Below, piece after piece: positions 38,628-47,763 of a stretch of 64,000 nucleotides of DNA (its first letter is position 1; every line of letters starts with the position of its first letter). The position numbers were made by a program, and so were the translations under genes. The stretch is taken from the NCBI GenBank assembly GCA_944325595.1, contig CALVAQ010000001.1:89380-153379 (forward strand). The letters run 5' to 3'. The stretch is from Candidatus Gastranaerophilales bacterium (lineage in GTDB: Bacteria; Cyanobacteriota; Vampirovibrionia; Gastranaerophilales; Gastranaerophilaceae). Under the pieces are notes generated by a model. That model was not told where the DNA came from, ran no database searches, and saw only the letters and a program-made list of their open reading frames with translations.

Positions 38628-38834
38628 ATGTCAAAAAATATTTTTAAATATTCTTTTATATTTTTCATTCCGATATTTTTGCTACCGCAGCAGGCATTTG
38701 CATATCTTGACCCCGGTACCGGAAGTATGATTATCCAAACTCTGATTGCTGTATTCGGAAGTATCGGATATGCGGGGATTTTGTTCAGAAAAAAAATAAA
38801 AAGCTTTTTTGAAAGATTTAGAAAAACAAAATAG
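38628..38834 (+). CDS. Small membrane protein with a YLDPGTGS motif
   Basis: A 68-aa protein with a signal-like FIFFIPIFLLPQQAFA, then YLDPGTGSMIIQTLIAVFGSIGYAGILF and a basic tail. Its stop is 2 nt before the next start. Confidence 0.5.
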   Translation: MSKNIFKYSFIFFIPIFLLPQQAFAYLDPGTGSMIIQTLIAVFGSIGYAGILFRKKIKSFFERFRKTK

Positions 38835-38836
38835 AT

Positions 38837-40198
38837 ATGACTACTTTTCATACAGCTTCCTTCAAAGACCGTGATGCGCAGGTCGTAATTAAAAACAATG
38901 AGGTATACAGGCTTATTTATGATTCTTATAAAGAGCCGTATGAAAAACTTATGCAAAGCGGTCTGTATGAAATGCTGATTTCAAAAAAAATGCTGATTCC
39001 TCATATCGAGACAGAAAATTTTGAACCCGTATACAAAACCCTGAAACCTCAAAAGGTTTTTGTTTCTTATCCTTATGAATGGTGTTTTTCCGAACTAAAA
39101 GATGCTGCTCTTTTAACACTTGAAATTCAAAAGCTGGCGCTTGAATACGGCATGTCGTTGAAGGATGCAAACGCATACAACGTACAGTTTTTTGAGGGAA
39201 AACCGATTTTTATTGATACGTCCTCTTTTGAAATATATGAAGAAACAAAACCCTGGTGTGCATACAGACAATTTTGCATGCAATTTTTGGCTCCGCTTGC
39301 TGTTATGGCATACAAAGATGAAAGACTTGTATCGTTGTTGGAAACAAATCTTGACGGATTACCGCTTGATATCGCATCAAAACTTCTGCCAAAGTCAAGC
39401 TGGCTTAATTTAAAACTGCTGTCTCACGTTCATTTGCATGCACTTGCACAAAAAAATTATTCCGGCTGCCACAAAAAGATTGAAGTAAAATTTTCCAAGT
39501 TTCAAATGGAGGCATTGCTGAATGATTTGACAGAGTGTATAAAAAACATAAAACTGCCGAAATCAAAAACCGAATGGGGAAACTATTACAACGAAACAAA
39601 TTACTCAGATGAGAGTTTTGAACAAAAAAGAAAAATTGTTAATGTGTTTGGAGAAAAAATTAATCCCGAAACGGTAGTCGACTTTGGAGCAAACAACGGT
39701 GCTTTTTCAAGATTATTTAAAGAAAAGTCAAAACTTATTGTCAGCGCAGATATAGATTTTTCTGCTGTTGAACAAAATTATGCAATAACAAAAAAGGAAA
39801 AAGAAACAAACATACTGCCGCTTGTGTTGGATTTGTGCAATCCCTCCGCATCTGTCGGATGGGCAAATGAAGAAAGAAGCAGCTTTTTTGAAAGAATAAA
39901 AGATTCTGAGCTGGTTCTGGCGCTGGCTCTTGTTCATCATCTTGCAATAGGCAGAAATGTTCCTTTTTCAAAAATTGCAAAATTGTTTTCGTCTGCGGGG
40001 AAAAATTTGATTGTAGAATATGTGGATAAAAAGGACTCTCAAGTTGAAAAACTGCTGTCTAACAGAAAAGATATTTTTGATGATTATAGTATAGAAAATT
40101 TTGAAAAATCATTTGGCGGGTTTTTTGACATTGTTGAAAAACGACATATAGACAATACTTTCAGAACAATATACCTGATGAGAAGAAAAGAAAAATGA
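38837..40198 (+). CDS. Class I SAM-dependent methyltransferase with a novel N-terminal domain
   Basis: SAM motif I VVDFGANNGAFS, an acidic post-I residue (VSADID) and LALALVHHL. The stop overlaps the next start (ATGA). Confidence 0.7.
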   Translation: MTTFHTASFKDRDAQVVIKNNEVYRLIYDSYKEPYEKLMQSGLYEMLISKKMLIPHIETENFEPVYKTLKPQKVFVSYPYEWCFSELKDAALLTLEIQKLALEYGMSLKDANAYNVQFFEGKPIFIDTSSFEIYEETKPWCAYRQFCMQFLAPLAVMAYKDERLVSLLETNLDGLPLDIASKLLPKSSWLNLKLLSHVHLHALAQKNYSGCHKKIEVKFSKFQMEALLNDLTECIKNIKLPKSKTEWGNYYNETNYSDESFEQKRKIVNVFGEKINPETVVDFGANNGAFSRLFKEKSKLIVSADIDFSAVEQNYAITKKEKETNILPLVLDLCNPSASVGWANEERSSFFERIKDSELVLALALVHHLAIGRNVPFSKIAKLFSSAGKNLIVEYVDKKDSQVEKLLSNRKDIFDDYSIENFEKSFGGFFDIVEKRHIDNTFRTIYLMRRKEK

Positions 40199-41922
40199 AC
40201 ATCAAAAACGGATATATCTTATTTATAATTTTCTGTTTTATCATTGTATATTCTTTCACAATGACTGCTTATGGTTTTTATTTTGATTTTATTCCTTTTT
40301 GGATATTGAAGGTACTCTCCGGAATTTTGTATTTGTCTTTTTTGTTCTTTTTATACAAATTTATAAAAGAAACACCACAGAAAGAAAGTGAGCCGGACAG
40401 CAAACAAAATATTTTTATATACTTTGTTCCGCCCGTTGTGTTTTCAATATATCCTCTTATTCATATTTATCTTTTAAATACAGGCGAAGTGACATTTTGG
40501 ATGTTTGCTCAGGCGGGATTGTCGGTGCTGGTATTGTGTACAGCTTTGTGCGGATTGTTTTATATAGTATACAAAGATATTGCCAGATGCTGCATAATGG
40601 CGGCAGTAACGGTATTTGCATTATATCAGTATTTGATATTTAAAACATATCTGGACAGTGCTGTGTTCTGGTGTTTTTTGCTTTTTGCCGGAGTTGTAAT
40701 TTCTAAAATCAGGATAAAAAATCTTTTCAAAATTTTTGTTTTTATCTCGATGATTTTGTTTTTGTTTAATGCTTTTGAGATTACAGTTTTTGTTAAAGAC
40801 AGTTTGCAAAATATTTTTTATGTCAAAACGAAAGAAGCAAAACCTCTGCCGTTGAAAACCGCAAAAAGTGAAAAACAGCCTGATGTGTACATAATTCTTT
40901 TGGATGCGTATCCGTCAAATGATGTTTTGAAAAGAGATTTCAATTTTGACAATTCAGCATTTATAAACACGCTTGAAAAAAAGGGATTTTTTGTTTTTGA
41001 TTCAATATACAGCAATTATACAAAAACAATATGTTCTTTGCCGTCGTTTTTGAATCACAAATATACAGAAAATTTTGAATACACACCGTCACTGGCTCTC
41101 AGCAATGCCGCTTTATTTAAAACAGCATATGATAACGGATACAAAGTGGATTTTATAAATTCGTTTAGCGGTTTTAAGCTTGAAAAAGGCTATGTTTCTT
41201 CGGTTACGGATGTCAGCAAACATTACGCCGGTACGGCAACGACGATAAATCAGGCTTTTTTCTACGGTACGTTTTTTCAAAAAATGTTTCCTTTTTTCAA
41301 CAAAAGAAATAATGTAAAAGATATATTCTGGACAGAGTTGAGTAAAGAAATAAATGTAAGCTCACCAAAGTTTGTTTTTGCACATATAATGGCGCCTCAT
41401 CTTCCGTATCTCAAAGACAGAAACGGCAAAAAGCTGAATGCTTTCAAAAGGGATGATATTCTTGTAAATGAAATAACCAAAGAATACAAAATCAATAAAA
41501 AAAATTGTATAGAATACTTGCTTTACACTAACAATAAAACAAAATCCGCCGTTGATGAAATTTTTGAGAAAACCGGCGGCAACGTATATATTATTATTTT
41601 GGGTGACCACGGTTTGAGGCTGCATTATTATACAAAAAATGAAGACAAAAATCTTTCGATTTTGCTCAAAGAAAAAAATACCATGAATGCTTTTTTCAAT
41701 ACTTTTCTTGCATTCTATTCGCCGTATAAGGATTATGATAAATATAAAGACAGTACAACAATAATGAATTTTTTCATAAACTTTTCCAACAATGTTTTTA
41801 AGACAAAATATGAAAAACAACCGGACAAATTCTATTTTGTATACTTTAATCAAAACAATGACAGGTTAAAAGATATACAAAAAAACACAAAACTTCTGGA
41901 AAAATCACAGATAGAATATTAA
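40195..41922 (+). CDS. Membrane-anchored alkaline-phosphatase-superfamily (sulfatase/LtaS/EptA-like) protein
   Basis: An N-terminal block of about 6 TM, then PDVYIILLDAY, HIMAPHLPY and IILGDHG motifs typical of sulfatase-fold transferases. Confidence 0.65.
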   Translation: MNIKNGYILFIIFCFIIVYSFTMTAYGFYFDFIPFWILKVLSGILYLSFLFFLYKFIKETPQKESEPDSKQNIFIYFVPPVVFSIYPLIHIYLLNTGEVTFWMFAQAGLSVLVLCTALCGLFYIVYKDIARCCIMAAVTVFALYQYLIFKTYLDSAVFWCFLLFAGVVISKIRIKNLFKIFVFISMILFLFNAFEITVFVKDSLQNIFYVKTKEAKPLPLKTAKSEKQPDVYIILLDAYPSNDVLKRDFNFDNSAFINTLEKKGFFVFDSIYSNYTKTICSLPSFLNHKYTENFEYTPSLALSNAALFKTAYDNGYKVDFINSFSGFKLEKGYVSSVTDVSKHYAGTATTINQAFFYGTFFQKMFPFFNKRNNVKDIFWTELSKEINVSSPKFVFAHIMAPHLPYLKDRNGKKLNAFKRDDILVNEITKEYKINKKNCIEYLLYTNNKTKSAVDEIFEKTGGNVYIIILGDHGLRLHYYTKNEDKNLSILLKEKNTMNAFFNTFLAFYSPYKDYDKYKDSTTIMNFFINFSNNVFKTKYEKQPDKFYFVYFNQNNDRLKDIQKNTKLLEKSQIEY

Positions 41923-41960
41923 TTCATTCCGGTACTGTCTTACGCCATAGGTTTAGCAAA

Positions 41961-42398
41961 TTATATCTTTAAATCTTTGTTTTTTTGATTAAACATAGAA
42001 ACGGTATCCTGAATTTTTGCCGCCAGATCGTCTATATCCAAATTTTCAACATTTTCAATCTGTTCAAACGCTATGGGTCTTTTTTTATCCCATATAAAAT
42101 CGTTTAATGATTTTGATGCGGAATTAAAATTTAGTAAAGCTACAAGCTGTTCAAAAGAAATATCCAGCTTTTCCATTACATCAGGATCAAGAAGATACTT
42201 GAGAGGATTTGTTTTTTGTACCTGAACAGTCAAGTCTCCGTTTTGGTTTGCTCCGAGAAAAACATCGTTTTCGGGGAACATATCGTCTATTTTTTGAACA
42301 GTTTTTGCTACTTTGACTCTGTTTTCAGGGTTTATGTCGTATATGTTCGACAAAAAATAGACACCTTTGAAAGATATGTTGTTCAGTTTGTTTATCAA
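41961..42398 (-). CDS. Hypothetical protein
   Basis: Intact 145-aa ORF. I recognise no family. Confidence 0.45.
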   Translation of the reverse strand: MINKLNNISFKGVYFLSNIYDINPENRVKVAKTVQKIDDMFPENDVFLGANQNGDLTVQVQKTNPLKYLLDPDVMEKLDISFEQLVALLNFNSASKSLNDFIWDKKRPIAFEQIENVENLDIDDLAAKIQDTVSMFNQKNKDLKI

Positions 42399-42451
42399 TT
42401 TTGCTCTCCTGTTTTGACAAATTAAAAATCCTGAAAAAAATTTTTTGCTGA

Positions 42452-44638
42452 TTATTTTTGTATTTTATCTCTTTTTTTATATATTGTCATATAATTTGCA
42501 TTTTCTCTTATATTAGATTTGAAATTGATATTTTGAATCATGTCAAAACCTTTTTTTTCAAAATAGCTGTCAGGCACATTGCATGTAGAGCCTATAATTC
42601 TGCTGTTTTTGTCAAGCGGATTGTATATATAACTTGTGTGCTCCTGTATGTATATACAGGTATAAGGATAGGGTTTATCAAAATATGCTTCGCCTTTTTT
42701 ATTAATTTTATAATTTATTTTTGTATCTTTTGTCTTGTTAATCAAAACAGTGCTAATCAAGTTCTTGTTTGTTGTGATTATATAGTCATATTTTGAAAAG
42801 TCATAGCCTTCCATTTTTTCTACAAGCATTGTGTCTATTTTGTAACCGTCATTTTCGAGCATTTTTACAACAAACATTCTGCTGTCAGCGCTGGGAAAAA
42901 TACCGAAAGATGTTCCCGCCGGTGTTTGTTTAATCATGTCCCGGAGATAACAGAAAGACATTTTCCCTCTGTATCCGACAAGAAGAGCACACCTTATTCT
43001 GTCTCTTGCTGCAGAGATGCTTTTTTCTTCTTTTATTACACGTATTATATTTTTTATCGGTCTTGATATCAGATTTGGCGTAATAACAACAAAATAGGAC
43101 ATTACAAAAAACAAAATCAGCAGCTTAAGCAGATTTGTTTTTTTCATGTATGACAAAACAAGCACAGGTGCCGACAGAAGAACAATAAATGTCATAAACC
43201 TTACACTAAACACCATATATGCAATGGAAAATGACAAACAAAAAATGTTGATATAAAACATTAGTCCAAATGCAAATATAGCTAAAGATTTTGTTGACAG
43301 TTTGTTCTGAATTTTTCTGACTGCCGCAACAACAATTGCTGCAATGGTGCCCGGCAAAAACAGCAAAAAGCCTAACAATCCGGTTCCCATTTTGACATCG
43401 AGAAGTCCGTTGTTTATTACATTGTTGTCAGACATTTCTACACCGAGATTTTCAGGTATATGCAAAAATCCAAGCAGAGAAAGTTTTGCATTAGTAATGT
43501 ATTCTCCGACATACTCACTGTATCTGAAGCCTGAAAAATCAAACATCATAAAAATATATCTGATGTAATTTGCAACAAAAGCTTTTATTCCGCCTCTGAA
43601 ACCATGGATTGCCTTTGCCGATTCAGAACCCAAAAAGTCCTGATACTGTATAAAATTCAGAATATAATTGTAGCTTGAGAAGATTACAAAATTAATAATC
43701 AAAAAGCCCAAAAATATACCGAGGGTTTTGAGACAGTTTTTCTTCTCTTTTTGGTATGCCCAAAAAGACAAAAGCAAGAATACTCCCGGAAAAGCTATTA
43801 TAGCAGGAGATTTTGTACCCGCAGCTATTGCATAAGAAAGTGCGGCAAAATATAAAAACATCAATTTTTTGTCTTTTAAATAATTGATAAACAATGTTAT
43901 TGCAGTCAGAACAAGCCCTGCTATCAACACATCTGTTTCAAGACTCGATACTTCTGCTATAACCGAGGCAAAGGAAGACAGAATGAATATTGTCCAGATT
44001 TTTTTTCTTTCGCAAAAACCCAAAAAGCTCAGAATATTATAAATACTGAAAATTGATGCAATGTATCCAAAGAATGAAACAAAATTCAATCCTATATCAC
44101 TTTTTACAAACAGCAGAATCCACATATAAAGGATTTCTGAATTTATCGGCATAACGAGGTTTCTGTCATCTGCAATATCAAAATGATTCAAACTGCCCTG
44201 AAACGACCAGAAAGCAGCCCTGTTCAAATGGTATGCCAGTGCATCTGAACTTGTTACCGGCATAAATATATTCAAAAACAGGGTTACACAGATAAAAAAC
44301 AAAAAACCAAAAGCCATTATCATCAGAATTTTGTCTTTTTTTAATGCGTGAAAAATTCTTTCCGCAGTTCTTTTAAATTCCGGTTTGTATAAAGGTTTGC
44401 CTTTTTTCAGCCAGAAAAAACCGGCCGCACAGGAAAACAAAATATTTAAAATCAAAACATTTATTCTGCTAATTGCACTAAATACTGACAAAATCTCCAT
44501 CGTCAATATTACATTTGCAAATATCGATACAAGAAGGATTAAAAAACCGGATATCTTTCTTTTTTCAGAACCATTACAAACAATACTTGTAACAAAATAT
44601 GCCGTTAAAAAAACCAACAAAAATGAAATCAAAAACAT
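42452..44638 (-). CDS. Large polytopic membrane protein, GT-C (ArnT/PMT-like) glycosyltransferase candidate with a soluble C-domain
   Basis: A 728-aa protein with about 12 or more TM segments, an acidic first-loop motif (SSDALAYHLNRAAFW) and a soluble C-terminal region of about 190 aa. The call rests on architecture. Confidence 0.55.
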   Translation of the reverse strand: MFLISFLLVFLTAYFVTSIVCNGSEKRKISGFLILLVSIFANVILTMEILSVFSAISRINVLILNILFSCAAGFFWLKKGKPLYKPEFKRTAERIFHALKKDKILMIMAFGFLFFICVTLFLNIFMPVTSSDALAYHLNRAAFWSFQGSLNHFDIADDRNLVMPINSEILYMWILLFVKSDIGLNFVSFFGYIASIFSIYNILSFLGFCERKKIWTIFILSSFASVIAEVSSLETDVLIAGLVLTAITLFINYLKDKKLMFLYFAALSYAIAAGTKSPAIIAFPGVFLLLSFWAYQKEKKNCLKTLGIFLGFLIINFVIFSSYNYILNFIQYQDFLGSESAKAIHGFRGGIKAFVANYIRYIFMMFDFSGFRYSEYVGEYITNAKLSLLGFLHIPENLGVEMSDNNVINNGLLDVKMGTGLLGFLLFLPGTIAAIVVAAVRKIQNKLSTKSLAIFAFGLMFYINIFCLSFSIAYMVFSVRFMTFIVLLSAPVLVLSYMKKTNLLKLLILFFVMSYFVVITPNLISRPIKNIIRVIKEEKSISAARDRIRCALLVGYRGKMSFCYLRDMIKQTPAGTSFGIFPSADSRMFVVKMLENDGYKIDTMLVEKMEGYDFSKYDYIITTNKNLISTVLINKTKDTKINYKINKKGEAYFDKPYPYTCIYIQEHTSYIYNPLDKNSRIIGSTCNVPDSYFEKKGFDMIQNINFKSNIRENANYMTIYKKRDKIQK

Positions 44639-44785
44639 AAACTTATTTCCGTAATAATATGCTTCTTAGATTATATCCTAAACAACACAAATATTTATAC
44701 ATCCGGCTAATTCAAGAAATCGCAGTACTTTAATAGTATAAAACTGTGCATATTCCACTCTCACTCGTAAACTGTTTACTTTAAT

Positions 44786-44812
44786 GCCGCATCAAAAGTG
44801 CGGTTTTTTTTT
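44786..44812 (+). terminator. Orphan plus-strand terminator-like hairpin with a 9-T run
   Basis: CCGCA tcaaaag TGCGG followed by TTTTTTTTT. No plus-strand CDS lies upstream. Confidence 0.4.
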
Positions 44813-44851
44813 AAATCTTTTTTGTCGGGATATTTTATTTTTTCGGACATT

Positions 44852-45523
44852 TTAAGTTTCAGACCGGTTTTTGATATTGAATTCGGTGCAGCTTGTGACA
44901 AATACTGTCAAATCTTTAACTCCGGCGTTTTGAAATGTTTTTATCATTTCTTCCATGGTGCTTCCCGTTGTCAAAATGTCATCAATCAAAAGCAGCTTTT
45001 CACCGTTGTAGTGATGTTCACTGTATTCAAAAGCATTGTGCAAATTTTTCTTTCTCTGTTTTTTTGTGAGTTTGTATTGCGGTTTTGTGTCTTTTATTCT
45101 TTTTATTATTTCCGTATTTATGCTGTATCCGGTCAGTTTTGAAAACTCCTGAGCCACAAGTTCCATGTGATTGTATTTCCTTTTTTTCTGCCTTTTGTCA
45201 AAAAGAGGAACCGGAACAATGGAATAAGTGTCTTGACTTATATTCAACTGCTTCCAATAGTCATACATTATTTTTGCTTGGAAAAACGCAAGCTCTGTTT
45301 GGTTGTGATATTTTATACCCCTTATGATTTTCTGAATTTCTTTTTCATAAATCGCAGAACAGTAGACGGCTACACCATCGATATGCTTCAAAATTTTTAC
45401 GGGCAGACGGCGGATTTTTTTAAAACACTTAGAGCAGAGCTTTGTATTTTCTCCTGAGCATCCGCAGACATAACAACGCTTTTTGTATATCAAATCGAGT
45501 AATTGCGATAAAAATTTAATCAT
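44852..45523 (-). CDS. comF: ComF-family phosphoribosyltransferase-fold protein
   Basis: An N-terminal Cys4 cluster (CYVCG...CSKC) and the PRPP loop LLIDDILTTGSTM. The start is set at MIKFLSQ. Confidence 0.8.
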   Translation of the reverse strand: MIKFLSQLLDLIYKKRCYVCGCSGENTKLCSKCFKKIRRLPVKILKHIDGVAVYCSAIYEKEIQKIIRGIKYHNQTELAFFQAKIMYDYWKQLNISQDTYSIVPVPLFDKRQKKRKYNHMELVAQEFSKLTGYSINTEIIKRIKDTKPQYKLTKKQRKKNLHNAFEYSEHHYNGEKLLLIDDILTTGSTMEEMIKTFQNAGVKDLTVFVTSCTEFNIKNRSET

Positions 45524-45582
45524 ATAATAATTATAATATGATAAAATAGTCTTACACAGGTTTTTAAAAAAGAGAGAGAACA

Positions 45583-46953
45583 ATGAATATTATAATAATG
45601 CTTTTGCTCATAAGTTTTTTGATTTTAATTCACGAACTCGGGCATTTTATGTCAGCAAGAGCACTCGGTATAAAAGTGGACAAATTCGGTTTTGGGCTTC
45701 CTTTTGGACCGACTCTTTTTAAAGGAAAAATCGGCGATACGGAAATACTTGTTCATGCTCTGCTTCTTGGCGGATATGTTGCATTTCCCGATGATGATAC
45801 AGACTCGAAAGAAGAAAAAAATCCGGATGATTTGTTCAAAAACAAACCCATATGGAAAAGGACAATAGTTGTCTCAGCCGGTGTAATTGCAAATGTAATC
45901 TGTGCTTTTTTGATTGTTGTTTTAACTGCGGCAATATGGCACAAACTTCCGGCAGGAAAATACAATATAACCGTAGAAAAAATTACGGCACCGCAAAACG
46001 CTTCCGTTCACTATTCAGGACTTAAAAAAGGCGACAGAATATATAAGGTTAACGGAGCGGAAATTTTTCAACCGCTTCAAATCAACAAATTTGCTCAGGA
46101 GAGCAAAACAAAAGACGGTTTAATTTCATACGAAATATACAATGACAGGCTAAAAGCCCTGCAGGAAAAAAATTCTTCAATAAAAGATATCTACAAACCG
46201 CTTGAAAAGAATACGAAAATAAACCTTGTTCCGCTAAAAGATGAAAAAGAAGTTACGCTCACAAAAGCAGCTCTTCTCGGTATGGAAAAGATAAAACAAG
46301 ATCCGATTAAACTGAACAAAAAACAAATTTTATTAAGGGACAAAATTCAGGGCAAAAAAGAATATATTGCAGACGGAGAAACTTCGCTTTGTGATATCGC
46401 AAAATCACTTTCGGATACAAGAAAGCCGATGCATTTTGTTGTAATCAGAGACGGAAAAGAAGTAAATTTGAAACCGATATACTCGGATGAAAAAGGCTTA
46501 ATCGGTATACAACAAAACCTTGAAGAAATTCTTCTCAAAGCTGATACACCCCTTGAAATTCTAAAATCTTCCGCTGCTTATACATACAGAATAACTGATT
46601 TTACTATTCTCGGGCTTGAAAAACTGTTTACCGGTCAAATTCCCGTAAAAGAACTCCACGGCATTGTTGCAATTACAAAAGTCGGCGGTGATATGATTGA
46701 ACAAACAGGACTGTTCAACGGATTTTTGCTCACAGCAATAATCAGTATAAACCTTGCAATAATGAATCTCTTGCCTATTCCGGCACTGGATGGCGGTCAC
46801 CTGCTGTTTTTGCTGATTGAAAAAATCAAAGGAAAGCCGCTGGATGAAGAAGTTATTGCAAAAATCAGCAATTTCTTTTTCCTGTTTCTGATTGTTCTTA
46901 TGCTTTTGATAGTATTTAACGATATCTTTGCATTGATTACGAAAAAAATATAA
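45583..46953 (+). CDS. rseP: RIP (site-2) zinc metalloprotease RseP/RasP family
   Basis: HELGHF in TM1, a central PDZ-like region and the C-terminal NLLPIPALDGGH motif. Confidence 0.9.
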   Translation: MNIIIMLLLISFLILIHELGHFMSARALGIKVDKFGFGLPFGPTLFKGKIGDTEILVHALLLGGYVAFPDDDTDSKEEKNPDDLFKNKPIWKRTIVVSAGVIANVICAFLIVVLTAAIWHKLPAGKYNITVEKITAPQNASVHYSGLKKGDRIYKVNGAEIFQPLQINKFAQESKTKDGLISYEIYNDRLKALQEKNSSIKDIYKPLEKNTKINLVPLKDEKEVTLTKAALLGMEKIKQDPIKLNKKQILLRDKIQGKKEYIADGETSLCDIAKSLSDTRKPMHFVVIRDGKEVNLKPIYSDEKGLIGIQQNLEEILLKADTPLEILKSSAAYTYRITDFTILGLEKLFTGQIPVKELHGIVAITKVGGDMIEQTGLFNGFLLTAIISINLAIMNLLPIPALDGGHLLFLLIEKIKGKPLDEEVIAKISNFFFLFLIVLMLLIVFNDIFALITKKI

Positions 46954-46962
46954 AATCAAAAT

Positions 46963-47760
46963 ATGGAACACATAACCTATCTTCAAGATAATCTAAAAGA
47001 CAACCGTATTATAAGGTGGCCGGAGAATTGTTTTCCGCTTAAATTTTATATTGCTCCGTTTCGCTGGTATGCAAAAACAGGAAATGACAGCTACAAATAT
47101 CAGGCACTTGTAAAAAGAGCTTTGCAGGAATGGGAAAAAGTCGGCGGCGGAAAAGTCAAATTTAAAGTCGTAAACACTTTGAATGAATCACAGATTAATC
47201 TTGACTGGAAAAGAGTGGACAGAAAAGCACTCGGGCACTGCTATTTTCATTTTGATAACAACAGCAGACTATACAGCGCCGAGGTTCAAATAGGTTTGTC
47301 AGACGGGATTTTGCATCATCAGTATCAGGATGAAAACGAAGTTTATCACACAATTTTGCACGAAATAGGACACGCTCTGGGTTTGGGACACAGCACTTAC
47401 GATACGGATATAATGTATACCCCGCACAAATACGGCGTAGTAAGCCTTTCACCCAGAGATGCATTGTCGGTTCAATGGCTTTACAGACTTCCTTACGGCA
47501 CAAGTGTCAAGGAATTTGCGCAAAAACACAATATGAATACGGACAATATTGATGATGTAATTCTGAAAATTGCAACTGAAGGAAAGTCACATGCGTTTGA
47601 AGATGTAAAAAATTCTATCCGACTTCCGCAAAAAGATTTGATGCAGGAACAGGACAAACTGGCAGAGATGAAAAAATACAATCTGCAATTGCAAAATGTT
47701 CGGGTTTCAGAAGAAGTTAAAGAGTTTTTCAAAAAAGCAAGAATAGAAAAAGACAAGTAA
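46963..47760 (+). CDS. Matrixin-like (M10) zinc metalloprotease without a recognisable signal peptide
   Basis: HEIGHALGLGHS (47359-47394) followed by a Met-turn-like DIMY. Confidence 0.8.
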   Translation: MEHITYLQDNLKDNRIIRWPENCFPLKFYIAPFRWYAKTGNDSYKYQALVKRALQEWEKVGGGKVKFKVVNTLNESQINLDWKRVDRKALGHCYFHFDNNSRLYSAEVQIGLSDGILHHQYQDENEVYHTILHEIGHALGLGHSTYDTDIMYTPHKYGVVSLSPRDALSVQWLYRLPYGTSVKEFAQKHNMNTDNIDDVILKIATEGKSHAFEDVKNSIRLPQKDLMQEQDKLAEMKKYNLQLQNVRVSEEVKEFFKKARIEKDK

Positions 47761-47763
47761 AAT

